Of a DNA stretch of 64,000 bases, positions 27,801-37,145 are shown in pieces; position 1 is the first letter of the stretch; each line of letters begins with the position of its first letter. The stretch comes from an uncultured Clostridia bacterium (lineage in GTDB: Bacteria; Bacillota; Dehalobacteriia; UBA4068). The position numbers were made by a program, and so were the translations under genes. The notes below the pieces were generated by a model. That model worked only from the letters and a program-made list of their open reading frames with translations, did not search any database and had not been told where the DNA came from. The DNA lies in assembly GCA_944390945.1 (NCBI GenBank), contig CALXRV010000011.1, positions 37,977 through 101,976 on the forward strand, written 5' to 3'.

Positions 27801-28042
27801 TCTTTCTCTGCGGCATCCGAGACGGCTGTTTGCCGCTGCAGATCGGTGGCAGCAGCAATCTGGAAGAAGAGCGCCGCTTATTTTTTGTCGGCATGACCCG
27901 CGCAGCAGAAACGTTATATTTACTAACAGGCGATCCGCCTTCGCCTTTCTTCAGCGCCATTCCAAAAGCGCAACTGGAGACAATCCATCCACAGCAGAGA
28001 CGTCCACAGCCGCTGGGCAAACAGCTCAGTCTGTTCGACTAA
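24803..28042 (+). CDS. Fusion protein: N-terminal EndoQ-like PHP-domain nuclease with zinc ribbon (about 420 aa) joined to a C-terminal UvrD/Rep-family superfamily-1 helicase (about 650 aa)
   Basis: N-terminus ADLHIHAKYSRATS, LLGTGDCTH, IHHLILFPSL, ADGRPI, IPAHIWTPHFSL, LSGD, SNSDAHSP, EGKYHYDGHRNC, CPVCGG and GFDGEYG track the conserved blocks of endonuclease Q. The C-terminus has helicase motifs: IAGPGTGKTKTLISR (motif I), TFTNKAAAELQERL, VDEFQDIN (II), GDPDQAIYGFRGA, TKNYRSTPEIL, LMTLHAAKGLEFPVVFL, FFVGMTRAAETLYL. SD AAGGAG. Confidence 0.8.
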   Translation: MFIADLHIHAKYSRATSQDCIPELLDQAARQKGLLLLGTGDCTHAAYRAELREQLEEAEDGLYRLKPSLVRPLSGALQDAPAPRFIISGEISTIYKQSGKVRKIHHLILFPSLSAAEELSRRLEQLGCNLHADGRPIIGLSSHDLLELTLDACPQAIFIPAHIWTPHFSLFGAYSGFDTVEECFGDLTPQIHALETGLSGDPPMHWRLSQLDRYALVSNSDAHSPARLAREANLFSCELSYPALSEALSTPHHPGFYGTIEFFPEEGKYHYDGHRNCHVSLAPAETEALQGVCPVCGGRLTVGVLHRADALADRPLGFHPPQARPFESLVPLVEVIAASSGLSPNSVKARRQYDALLQVLGPELRILRETPLELVEQHAGICVAEGLRRLRAGEVRVTPGFDGEYGKVSILDAEDIDRLSGQASLFACSSAEEKFSPDTIHAEPATNIGHPAQTGKNEKARTDVELNAAQLRAVHSTAATTAVIAGPGTGKTKTLISRVIELIETRGAAAEEITAVTFTNKAAAELQERLKAHFHDKRLVREIHVGTFHSLCLRLLTAAGQAPVILDGAEARSIAADLVTELGLKSSAKEALSCISRHKNTMTAAENVEEAELVAAYQASLQQLGALDFDDILSAALQLCEQQPQRLGNMCRHLLVDEFQDINEVQYRLIRAWQRQGETLFVIGDPDQAIYGFRGASADCFTQLQADQPDLELIRLTKNYRSTPEILAASLPVINKNPGAPRQLQAARPHGDKLRHYHTASADPAFQEAIFIAKEINRLVGGIDMLQAHADGSASAARSFRDIAVLYRTHRQAEMIAYALEHDGIPYTAAGREELPEDDIIRDTLAFFRFLLNPADLISLRRTLLASGASLATQQQLCNAYAGLRKKSVAGLIKQIAALGEDASLHRFAEQVAVYTTRMRREKPHKLLSSWIEENHLSGIAALEDLCQIAVLQPSMSSLLQTLALGLDADIVRNGSQTCQADAVRLMTLHAAKGLEFPVVFLCGIRDGCLPLQIGGSSNLEEERRLFFVGMTRAAETLYLLTGDPPSPFFSAIPKAQLETIHPQQRRPQPLGKQLSLFD

Positions 28043-28109
28043 ATCATGTATGCTTTTCCTCTTTTCCGTGCATACTCCTGTCAAAGACCAACTGCAGGAG
28101 GCGAATCGA

Positions 28110-28538
28110 ATGATTTCAGACGCGGATATGCTCAACCATGTCTACCAGGCAGCGGATATGGGACGCGCCGGAATTTTGGATCTGTTAAAGCTGGCAGAGG
28201 ACAGCTCCTTTCGCCAGTCGCTCAACCAGCAACTCGCAGAATATGAAACGCTGATGTCCCAAGCTGGCAGTATGATGCGCTCACGCCATATTCAGCGCGA
28301 AGAAGCAAGCCCGATGGCAAAAATTTCGTCGCAGATGATGACGACGGTCAAATCCCTCGGCGACCGCTCCCCCTCCCATCTGGCGGAAATGATGATCCAG
28401 GGGAATACCATGGGCGTCACAAAAAGTATTAAGCACTTGAATGACTATCAGCATGGCGACAGCGAGATCCGGCATCTGGCGGAAAAGTTGTTAGCGACTG
28501 AGCAGGCGAATATCGATCAAATGAAAACTTATCTATAA
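28110..28538 (+). CDS. Hypothetical all-helical protein (possibly spore-coat-protein-F / ferritin-like four-helix family)
   Basis: 142-aa ORF starting at the ATG with AGGAGG 9 nt upstream (the ORF track begins 20 codons earlier). No diagnostic catalytic motifs. Conserved acidic/His positions spaced along predicted helices. Confidence 0.5.
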   Translation: MISDADMLNHVYQAADMGRAGILDLLKLAEDSSFRQSLNQQLAEYETLMSQAGSMMRSRHIQREEASPMAKISSQMMTTVKSLGDRSPSHLAEMMIQGNTMGVTKSIKHLNDYQHGDSEIRHLAEKLLATEQANIDQMKTYL

Positions 28539-28542
28539 CAAA

Positions 28543-28570
28543 AACAGGGACGGCTATGCCGTCCCTGTTG
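28543..28570. terminator. Bidirectional terminator between the hypothetical gene and tgt (CAGGGACGGC tatg CCGTCCCTG; T-run on the minus strand, weak on the plus strand)
   Basis: 10-bp perfect stem. CAAAAA on the + strand gives TTTTTG on the minus strand downstream of the tgt stop. Confidence 0.6.
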
Positions 28571-28597
28571 CTCGTCTGCCACGGCGTGGCGACCCGT

Positions 28598-29725
<1,128 letters not shown>

Positions 29726-29886
29726 TTACCTTACAACCAACCTGAGCAAACCATATTTGCTTGATCAGGGGAATAAACTCTGCAACGCGCGCTTGCTGTT
29801 CGTTATTATACATGATTCTGCGCAGTCCGGCAATGCCTGCTTTGGAAATCCTGCAGTTTGCCCGCGCTCAATACTGCATCTTAAGC

Positions 29887-30585
29887 CTACAGTCCGCATT
29901 TGCGCGCCCGAATGAGCGGCGTATGGGCATCCCCCGGCAAAAAGCCAACCAGTTCGACCGTTTGAAATCCGCCGGCCCGGATCGCATCCATTTCATGCGC
30001 AAGCGTCAGCGGCGTATCAAAATGGACAAAAACAGCTTCGTCAATACCATCACGCCTGCGTCTGCGAGCACATTCGGCAAACAGCAGTTCCTCGATCTCA
30101 CGGCTCTGCGCGATATAGTCGCATTCCAGAAAAATGCCGTTCGGCCTTAGACAGCGGAAAATCTTTGCAAACAGTGTTTCCTTTTGTATTGCGCTAAAAT
30201 GATGCAGCGTTTCAAATGCGATCACCGCGTCGAAACACGATTCCCCCATTTCATAGCGGAAATAATCCTCGCAGACCAGGTGAAGCGCTTTGCCCACGTG
30301 CTTTTGCCGCAGCTTTGCCAGCATTTGGGCGGAAAGATCTACCCCTGTCACCCGCAACCTGGGGCGGATAGCGAAAATGGCGTCCAATTCCAGGCCACTG
30401 CCACAGCCCAGGTCCAGCAGATCTGTCACGGTTGCCGGCAAAAGCTCCGCCATCCATTGATAATGCTGGCGCCAGCGTGCCATATGCGTCTCATACTCCG
30501 CCAAGCGTGCATCGAAGAACTCGGCCATCCCCTCCAGTGGCTCGTCTTTCGTTTCCACCAGCCATTGCCACAATTCCTGGTCCAT
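29887..30585 (-). CDS. Class I SAM-dependent methyltransferase
   Basis: Motif I LLDLGCGSGLELD and a downstream motif II/III pattern. The start is either ATG 30585 (MDQELW, SD spacing 7) or ATG 30591. Confidence 0.7.
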   Translation of the reverse strand: MDQELWQWLVETKDEPLEGMAEFFDARLAEYETHMARWRQHYQWMAELLPATVTDLLDLGCGSGLELDAIFAIRPRLRVTGVDLSAQMLAKLRQKHVGKALHLVCEDYFRYEMGESCFDAVIAFETLHHFSAIQKETLFAKIFRCLRPNGIFLECDYIAQSREIEELLFAECARRRRRDGIDEAVFVHFDTPLTLAHEMDAIRAGGFQTVELVGFLPGDAHTPLIRARKCGL

Positions 30586-30610
30586 TTTCATATCCCTCTG
30601 CTTTTCTAGA

Positions 30611-30645
30611 CAAAACGGCATGACGAAAATCGCCATGCCGTTTCT
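30611..30645 (-). terminator. Rho-independent terminator after the oxidoreductase gamma-subunit gene (AACGGCATG..CATGCCGTT then TTTT on the minus strand)
   Basis: 9-bp stem. CAAAA on the + strand immediately 5' gives the T-run on the minus strand. Confidence 0.55.
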
Positions 30646-30680
30646 TGCCATTCGGGTGCCTGCAGTCAGACCGTGGTAGA

Positions 30681-31235
30681 TCAGACCGTATAGGGTTCGA
30701 TCTTTTTCGCCGCATCCAGGCCGAGCTGATATGCCTTGACATTCAGGTCTGCCACTTTCGCTTTGAAGTTACGGTGCAGAGATTCCACCATCGCATCAAA
30801 GGAAACCAGGTTCGCAATACCATTGATCACGCCCAACGCGACAACATTGGCAGAAAGCTCGCTGCCCATCGCTTCACGGCAAATCTCCGTAATCGGGCAA
30901 CGATAGATCTTCACGCCAGGGATCTCTTTACCCTTGCCCACTTCGCCATCAAGGATAAGAATGCCGCCGGGGATCAGATCCTTCGCATATTTATCATAAG
31001 CTTCCGGAGACATGCACAGCAGCAGGTTCGGATTTTCTACTTTCGGGAAAAGGATCGCCTGATCCGAAATATTCACCTCGGCACGGGTGGAACCGCCGCG
31101 GGATTCCGGGCCATATACCTGGCTCTGCGTGGCGTTGCTGCCATCGATCAAAGCGCCTTCAGCAAGGATGACCGCACCCTTGATGACGCCCTGTCCGCCG
31201 GTACCGCTCAAACGAATCTTCCATTTGGTAGCCAT
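30681..31235 (-). CDS. 2-oxoacid:ferredoxin oxidoreductase, gamma subunit
   Basis: MATKWKIRLSGTGGQGVIKGAVILAEGA...YGPESRGG is the gamma-subunit signature (Por/Vor/Kor gamma). Its ATG overlaps the beta stop (TAATG). Confidence 0.85.
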   Translation of the reverse strand: MATKWKIRLSGTGGQGVIKGAVILAEGALIDGSNATQSQVYGPESRGGSTRAEVNISDQAILFPKVENPNLLLCMSPEAYDKYAKDLIPGGILILDGEVGKGKEIPGVKIYRCPITEICREAMGSELSANVVALGVINGIANLVSFDAMVESLHRNFKAKVADLNVKAYQLGLDAAKKIEPYTV

Positions 31236-32053
31236 TATTTGTCCCCTCCCTGAACGCGTTCGCACAGCTTCGCATACTCTTCCGTATACTCTCTGCCTTG
31301 AGCCTCATGCAGGATGCCGGTGATATATTTGTCTTCCAGCTGTTCCGGCGTCATCTTCTCCGCGACAGCCTTAGCAACCGTATGATCTTTCACATACTGC
31401 ATCATGTCGGCAGGATTCGGAATCTTATTGCGGCGGCCATAGCTGATCGGGCAGGAAGCGATCACTTCGATCACAGAAAAGCCCTTATGCTTATAGCCAG
31501 CCACAATCAGGTCAGTCAGCTGCTTGGCATGATAGATATCACCACGGGCGACAAAGGAAGCACCAGCACCAATGGCGAGCTCGCAGAGATTGAAGCTCGG
31601 GTCAACAGAACCATAAGGCGCGGTGGTGGCCTTTTTGCCAAACGGTGTCAACGGCGAGAACTGACCGCCGGTCATGCCGTAAATGTTGTTGTTGATCACG
31701 ATCAACGTCATATCCATGTTGCGGCGGCAGGCATGGATAAAATGATTACCGCCGATGGCAGCGCAGTCGCCATCGCCAGAGAATACGAATACATCCATAT
31801 CCGGACGAGCCATCTTAGCACCCTGTGCAAAAGGCAAAGCACGACCATGCGCCGTATGCAACGTATTCAGATCCAGATAACCCGTGATGCGGGAAGAGCA
31901 GCCAATGCCGGAAACACCGATCACATTGTTTTTATCCAGCTTCAGTTCGTCCATGGCGCGGGCCCAGGCGCTCATCACAATGCCGTTACCGCAGCCAGCG
32001 CACCAGATATGGGGCAGGTTGTTGCGGAAATATTCCTGGTAAATGGGTTTCAT
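31235..32053 (-). CDS. 2-oxoacid:ferredoxin oxidoreductase, beta subunit (TPP-binding)
   Basis: WCAGCGNG...GIGCSS...SGDGD TPP/Mg-binding motif (VFVFSGDGDCAAIGGNH) and GMTGGQ. Confidence 0.9.
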   Translation of the reverse strand: MKPIYQEYFRNNLPHIWCAGCGNGIVMSAWARAMDELKLDKNNVIGVSGIGCSSRITGYLDLNTLHTAHGRALPFAQGAKMARPDMDVFVFSGDGDCAAIGGNHFIHACRRNMDMTLIVINNNIYGMTGGQFSPLTPFGKKATTAPYGSVDPSFNLCELAIGAGASFVARGDIYHAKQLTDLIVAGYKHKGFSVIEVIASCPISYGRRNKIPNPADMMQYVKDHTVAKAVAEKMTPEQLEDKYITGILHEAQGREYTEEYAKLCERVQGGDK

Positions 32054-33186
32054 TATTTCAGCACCTCCTTGACCATGTCGATAATCTCTTCCGGAATGAC
32101 CAGTTCACTGTCAACACGGCAGAGCTTCTTCACCGGCACGCTGCCGGCCACGATGCGTTCTACTTCACGCGCATACTGACCAAGATTCATTTCCGGCACG
32201 ATAACGGCTTTCTTGCCGGCGCAAGCAGCTTTGATGCGTTCCTCGTCGATCGGCCAAATCGTGATCGGACGGAAGAGACCGACTTTTACGCCTGCTTCAC
32301 GCAGTTCGTTCATTGCTTCCTGTGCGGAACGCGCCACACTGCCATAAGCGATCAACAGCACGTCGCAGTCGTCGACAAACAGTTCTTCGCATTCGAAGAT
32401 ATCCTTAACATTCTTTTCGATCTTATCCACCAAGCGGCGGTTGAATTTATCCACCACAGGCAGAGCGCTGGAATAGAAACCCTTTTCATTATGGGTCAGG
32501 CCGGTGAAGTGATAGCGATAGCCTTCACCAAAGCTTGCCATCGGCGGTACACCACCAGCAACGTTTTCAAACGGCACATAATCTTCCGGCGCGCAGGTCG
32601 GCTTTTCACGATTGATAATCTCGATTTCTTCATTCTCGTCGACCTCAAAACGCTCGCGCAGATGGCCGATCTCTTCATCCAACAGGAAAATAACCGGCGT
32701 ACGATATTTTTCCGCCAGATTGAAGGCTTTGATCGTCTGATAATATGTTTCCATCACGGAATTCGGCGCAATCGCGATGATGCTGTGGTCGCCATGGCTG
32801 CCCCAACGTGCCTGCTGGATATCACCCTGCGAAGAAAGGGTCGGCAAACCAGTGGAAGGACCCATACGCTGAACATCCACGAAAACGACAGGAATTTCTG
32901 TGATCGCGGCATAACCAACCAGTTCCTGCATCAGGGAGAAACCAGGGCCGCTCGTCGCCGTAAACGCTTTGGCGCCGGCAGCAGAAGCACCGATAATCGC
33001 GCCAGCAGAAGCAATCTCATCCTCCATCTGGATGAACCGTGCGCCACAGGCAGGCATCATCTCTGCCATATGTTCTGCGATCTCCGTAGAAGGAGTGATC
33101 GGATAACCAGCATAAAAGCTCGCGCCAGCTTTCAGAGCGCCCATTGCGCAAGCCTCATTCCCCTGTACGAGTCTTACTTTAGCCAT
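32053..33186 (-). CDS. 2-oxoacid:ferredoxin oxidoreductase, alpha subunit
   Basis: MAKVRLVQGNEACAMGALKAGASFYAGYPITPSTEI...ASAGAIIGASAAGAKAFTATSGPGFSLM are alpha-subunit domain I and III motifs. Confidence 0.9.
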   Translation of the reverse strand: MAKVRLVQGNEACAMGALKAGASFYAGYPITPSTEIAEHMAEMMPACGARFIQMEDEIASAGAIIGASAAGAKAFTATSGPGFSLMQELVGYAAITEIPVVFVDVQRMGPSTGLPTLSSQGDIQQARWGSHGDHSIIAIAPNSVMETYYQTIKAFNLAEKYRTPVIFLLDEEIGHLRERFEVDENEEIEIINREKPTCAPEDYVPFENVAGGVPPMASFGEGYRYHFTGLTHNEKGFYSSALPVVDKFNRRLVDKIEKNVKDIFECEELFVDDCDVLLIAYGSVARSAQEAMNELREAGVKVGLFRPITIWPIDEERIKAACAGKKAVIVPEMNLGQYAREVERIVAGSVPVKKLCRVDSELVIPEEIIDMVKEVLK

Positions 33187-33405
33187 TTACTCCGCCTCCT
33201 TTTCCGAAACCTCAACGCAGAAGTCCGGGCAATGCATCTCGCAATTTAAGCAGCCGATGCAGTTTTCCGGCTTAACCACCACGGCCTTACCATCCGGCGC
33301 CTGCGTAAACACGTTTTCCGGTTTACCGAGGCACAAACTGACGCAAATGCCGCAGGCCTTACAAAGCTTTGATATTACCTGAACATCATAACTCTTTTTG
33401 GCCAT
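33187..33405 (-). CDS. 2-oxoacid:ferredoxin oxidoreductase, delta subunit (2x[4Fe-4S] ferredoxin)
   Basis: 72 aa with two CxxCxxCxxxCP motifs (CKACGICVSLC and CIGCLNCEMHCP). SD AAGGAGG. Confidence 0.85.
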   Translation of the reverse strand: MAKKSYDVQVISKLCKACGICVSLCLGKPENVFTQAPDGKAVVVKPENCIGCLNCEMHCPDFCVEVSEKEAE

Positions 33406-33519
33406 AAAACTCTGATTCCTCCTTAACTGAATTAAATAAAAACTTAAATACTAAGTCTGAAATCACATTATTTTTGCAGCCAAAACTATCACCAGCCCGT
33501 AAAAACTGGCATCGGTTTC

Positions 33520-33550
33520 ATTATAGCACAATATATGTGCGGATGTAAAT
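33520..33550 (-). promoter_or_regulatory. Promoter for the oxidoreductase operon: -35 TTTACA, 19-nt spacer, extended -10 TGcTATAAT
   Basis: Minus-strand reading gives ...TTTACAtccgcacatatattgTGcTATAATg... about 105 nt upstream of the delta-subunit ATG. Confidence 0.55.
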
Positions 33551-33562
33551 TGCCGAATATTA

Positions 33563-33592
33563 AAATTATTCCACAAAAGCATGGACGCGACG
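33563..33592 (-). terminator. Rho-independent terminator ending the hydrogenase operon (GGACGCGACGTT tata AACGTCGCGTCC, then CTTTT on the minus strand)
   Basis: 12-bp perfect palindrome immediately after the maturation-protease stop. Confidence 0.6.
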
Positions 33593-34087
33593 TTATAAAC
33601 GTCGCGTCCTGATGTCAACAATCATAGTCGCCAACTGATCGATGGCTGCCAGCATTTCCGGGCAAGGTGATGTGGCAAATTCCATTTCGCCAGGCTGAAT
33701 ACCGACCACCAGTACAGCACAGCCGGTCTCCGAAGACAGATAATCCAACATCACATGCAGGGGCAGCATATGCGTCGAGCAGCCCATTCCGTCTATTTCT
33801 GCCGGGTCGCAACAGCGCATCGTCCCGACTTCACCGCCGACATGGGCAGCATCAACCAGCAGCAACAAATCTGGCTTAAAGTGGCGAATCATGCCTGTAA
33901 AATTCTCCGGCGCCGTGCTCCCTGCCAGCAGCAAGCAGTCCGCATCCTCGGCCAGTTGCATACGCAAACGCTCGATCAGCACCATTCCGGCGGCATCATC
34001 ACCGCAGAGCTCTGACCCCACGCCTAGAATGGCAATCCTGGGCGCAGCAGTCAACATTTCTTTTAACTGTTCCTGCCAGCCGATCAT
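33593..34087 (-). CDS. [NiFe]-hydrogenase maturation endopeptidase (HycI/HyaD family)
   Basis: IAILGVGSELCGDDAAGMVLIERL...LLVDAAHVG matches the hydrogenase-protease signature, including the conserved metal-binding Asp/His region. Confidence 0.8.
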   Translation of the reverse strand: MIGWQEQLKEMLTAAPRIAILGVGSELCGDDAAGMVLIERLRMQLAEDADCLLLAGSTAPENFTGMIRHFKPDLLLLVDAAHVGGEVGTMRCCDPAEIDGMGCSTHMLPLHVMLDYLSSETGCAVLVVGIQPGEMEFATSPCPEMLAAIDQLATMIVDIRTRRL

Positions 34088-34443
34088 AGCTTAACCTTCA
34101 ATGCTTCTCGGCTCATGTCTGCCAATTCAATATTCGGCGTAAAGGAAAGGCAGCCCTTTCTGCAACTGTCCACGCATTGCGCGCAGAAGATGCAATGCCC
34201 CAAATTCAGATGGCATTCAAACTTCTTCTCTTCTTTTGTCCCTACATTAACGATGCTGATCGCGCTGGCGGGACAATCACGCACGCAGAGATTGCAGCCG
34301 ATACAATCGTCCGCATTATACTGTATTTTTCCCCGATAATGCGGTTCAATCTCCAGCTTTGCCGCAGGATATGCGATCGTCGCCGGTTTTTTCAGCAGAT
34401 GCTTCAATGCAAAGCCGGCGATCCTGCCGGGTGAACGTTTCAT
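34084..34443 (-). CDS. Hydrogenase 2x[4Fe-4S] ferredoxin subunit (NuoI/EchF/MbhN-like)
   Basis: CIGCNLCVRDCP and CIFCAQCVDSC motifs in a 119-aa protein inside the hydrogenase operon. Confidence 0.8.
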   Translation of the reverse strand: MKRSPGRIAGFALKHLLKKPATIAYPAAKLEIEPHYRGKIQYNADDCIGCNLCVRDCPASAISIVNVGTKEEKKFECHLNLGHCIFCAQCVDSCRKGCLSFTPNIELADMSREALKVKL

Positions 34444-35378
34444 CAGGCAAGCACCCCTTTCAGCAGCAGATTGGCAATGATCTGGATCAATGCCAGCGGC
34501 GTTAAGTATTTCCAGCAGAAAGCGACCATCTGCTCAATCCGCACACGCGCCATAATCGAACGCAACAATGCAAGGATAAAGAGAATGACCAGCGTCTTTA
34601 GAATGTATACCCCAAACCCTGCCCATGCGCCTGCCGGATAAAAAGGCAGAAACACGGCGGAGATCAGCGATGCGACCACCACCAGTTCGCAGTCAATCGC
34701 CATGCGGAAAATGGCATAAAGACGGCCGCTGTATTCCACAAACGTGCCGCCAGCCAGCTCTGTCTCAGCCTCTGGCAGATCGAACGGCACGCGCTCCAGT
34801 TTACCCTGGCAAGCGATGACCGCCACCAGAAATGCCGGAATGTTGATCAGCAGATACAGCGGATGCGTGCTGTAATAGGCCGTCATCCCGGAAAGGGACC
34901 AACTATCCGCCAGCAATGCCGGCGCCAGCAGGGCCATGAACAGCGGTACCTCATAGGAAAAGAGCTGCGTCAATGCACGCACTGCGCCAATCGTGGCATA
35001 AACACTGGTGGAATACCAACCAGCCAGGAAAAAGCATAGCGTAGGCAGCGTCAGCAGATAAAGCAGTACGATCAAATCCCCTTCAAATGGATACAATGAA
35101 GTGGAGGACCAGATCGGGATATAGAGATAAGCCGCGGTAACGGCAGCCAGCGCCATCACCGGCAGGAAAACAAATACTCGTTTATCCGCATGCTCCGGGA
35201 TGATGGTCTCCTTCCCCAGCAGCTTCAGAAAGTCAGCCAGCGGCTGATACCAGCGTGGGCCACGACGGTTCTGCAGCCTGGCATACAGCTTACGGTCGAT
35301 AAAGGAAAAGACCAAAGCATATGCGCCCAGAAACAGCATGCCCGGGAAAATCAGAATATGAAATAATGCTAACAGCAT
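34443..35378 (-). CDS. Hydrogenase membrane subunit (NuoH/EchB/MbhM-like)
   Basis: 311-aa polytopic protein. LQNRRGPRWYQPLADFLKLL is the NuoH-family signature. Confidence 0.8.
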   Translation of the reverse strand: MLLALFHILIFPGMLFLGAYALVFSFIDRKLYARLQNRRGPRWYQPLADFLKLLGKETIIPEHADKRVFVFLPVMALAAVTAAYLYIPIWSSTSLYPFEGDLIVLLYLLTLPTLCFFLAGWYSTSVYATIGAVRALTQLFSYEVPLFMALLAPALLADSWSLSGMTAYYSTHPLYLLINIPAFLVAVIACQGKLERVPFDLPEAETELAGGTFVEYSGRLYAIFRMAIDCELVVVASLISAVFLPFYPAGAWAGFGVYILKTLVILFILALLRSIMARVRIEQMVAFCWKYLTPLALIQIIANLLLKGVLA

Positions 35379-35398
35379 AATATCCCTTCCTTCCGATG

Positions 35399-36616
35399 CT
35401 AGCGGATAATCTTCCGCTCCGCAATCTTGATCTTCGAGGCATCAAATCCCTGTTTCTTGTAGTGCTCTATGCCGTAACGGCGCAACGCTGCCCAATCCCA
35501 GACACGCTCGCCTGCGGCGGAACGCAGCACGATCGAGCGGTCCGTGCAAGAATAGCAGGGGTCAATGGCAGCGATGATAATCGGCACATCCGCCAGATAA
35601 TCACCCTCCAGCATATGCTTTACGCTGTGCCAGTTCGCCTCCGAAGCCGCACGCACGCGCACACGGTCCGGTTTATCCGTACCATTCGCACGGACATAAT
35701 GCGTATCTTCACCGCGCGGCGCTTCTGTCCGGCTGAACACTTCCCCTTCCGGAATCCGCCGCGGCATCTTTGCCGTCAGTTCGCCGTCAGGCAGATTATC
35801 CAGCGACCAGCGGATCATTTTAATGCTCTCCATGATTTCCAGCACACGCACAACAGCACGGCCGAACACATCGCAGTGGTCATCCGTAATCGCAGTCACC
35901 GGCACTTCGTCATAAGCTGCATACTTGTCGATCACACGAATATCCGTATCAACATTGGAAGCGCGCGAGACCGGACCAACTGCGCCCAGACGCAAAGCAT
36001 CCTCATGCGAAAGCTTACCGATCCCGGACAGACGCGCCGCCAATGTGGTCTCGCTCAATGCAAGCTGAATATAATATTTATTCTGCTCCTCAACGATATC
36101 CAGCATGGCACGGATCTCGTCCGCCATCTGCGGTTCCAGGTCGCGGCGCACACCGCCCAACGTATTGATGCCGTAATTCACGCGGTTCCCGCCCAGCTCT
36201 GCCAGGATATCGAGCACCTTTTCCCGGTCGCGCCAAGAATACATGAATAAGGTATCAAAGCCAATCTCATGAGCAGCCACGCCAAGCCAGAGCAAATGGC
36301 TGTGCATGCGCTCCAACTCTGCCATGATGACGCGGATATAAGCGGCACGACGCGGAATCTCCACACCGGCCAGTTCTTCTACCGCCTGGCAAAATGCAGT
36401 GCTGTGCGTATGCGAGCAAATCCCACAAACGCGCTCAATGATATACAGGTCCTGAATATAGGTACGGGCTTCACAAGCCTTTTCCAGACCACGGTGGTTA
36501 TAGCCAACGCCAACCACGGCATTGACCACCTTTTCGCCCTCCAGCGTAATCGTAAAGCAGCCCGGCTCTTTCAGCGAAGGGTGCTGCGGTCCGATCGGTA
36601 TCGTGATCTTGCTCAT
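35399..36616 (-). CDS. Group 4 [NiFe]-hydrogenase large (catalytic) subunit (NuoD/EchE/MbhL-like)
   Basis: N-terminal Ni-binding RVCGICSHTHSTAF (CxxC) and C-terminal DPCYSCTDR (CxxC) motifs. Confidence 0.9.
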   Translation of the reverse strand: MSKITIPIGPQHPSLKEPGCFTITLEGEKVVNAVVGVGYNHRGLEKACEARTYIQDLYIIERVCGICSHTHSTAFCQAVEELAGVEIPRRAAYIRVIMAELERMHSHLLWLGVAAHEIGFDTLFMYSWRDREKVLDILAELGGNRVNYGINTLGGVRRDLEPQMADEIRAMLDIVEEQNKYYIQLALSETTLAARLSGIGKLSHEDALRLGAVGPVSRASNVDTDIRVIDKYAAYDEVPVTAITDDHCDVFGRAVVRVLEIMESIKMIRWSLDNLPDGELTAKMPRRIPEGEVFSRTEAPRGEDTHYVRANGTDKPDRVRVRAASEANWHSVKHMLEGDYLADVPIIIAAIDPCYSCTDRSIVLRSAAGERVWDWAALRRYGIEHYKKQGFDASKIKIAERKIIR

Positions 36617-37131
36617 TGCTCATCCTCCTTTTGCGCAGCTTCCGGCGCAGGCGGATTATACGTCATCGTATTGCGGTCGAAATACTCAACCTTCCATTCC
36701 TTGCGCAGCGGGTAGTTCCCTTCCGGCCAACCATCCGGTAACGGATAGCTGGGGCCAGGCGGCAGCTCTTCCACTTGGGCGCCAAACAGATCCACCAGTT
36801 CACGTTCATGCCATAAGGCATTCGGAAAACGGGAACAAACCGATTTGATCACGGGTTTGGCTTTTGGCGCCTTCTGCTTGACCAGTAAAATGACATTATC
36901 ATCGTTGGAAATGGCGTAAATAAATCCCAAATTCTCTCCGTCATCCACCCCGATCACCAGATGAAAGGTATTGAAGCCGCCTTCAGTAGTCAGAAAGGCG
37001 AATACCTTTTCAAAATCGCGGCGCACCAGCGGATCCATGATAACGCGCTGACGGCGCTGCAGATGCACATAGCCGTCGAGCACCGGGAAACGCTCCAATA
37101 TCATATCAACGACTTTCTGTTCAGCCTGCAT
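36613..37131 (-). CDS. Hydrogenase subunit NuoC/EchD/MbhK-like (30-kDa-subunit family)
   Basis: 172-aa protein with the NuoC fold signature (ERELVDLFG). It overlaps the large-subunit gene by 4 nt. Confidence 0.75.
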   Translation of the reverse strand: MQAEQKVVDMILERFPVLDGYVHLQRRQRVIMDPLVRRDFEKVFAFLTTEGGFNTFHLVIGVDDGENLGFIYAISNDDNVILLVKQKAPKAKPVIKSVCSRFPNALWHERELVDLFGAQVEELPPGPSYPLPDGWPEGNYPLRKEWKVEYFDRNTMTYNPPAPEAAQKEDEQ

Positions 37132-37145
37132 CGATTATCCCTCCC

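Noticed and set aside
31298-32179. 293-aa plus-strand ORF
   Set aside because: Antisense to the oxidoreductase beta and alpha subunits.
35396-36250. 284-aa plus-strand ORF
   Set aside because: Antisense to the [NiFe]-hydrogenase large subunit, which has both Ni-binding motifs.
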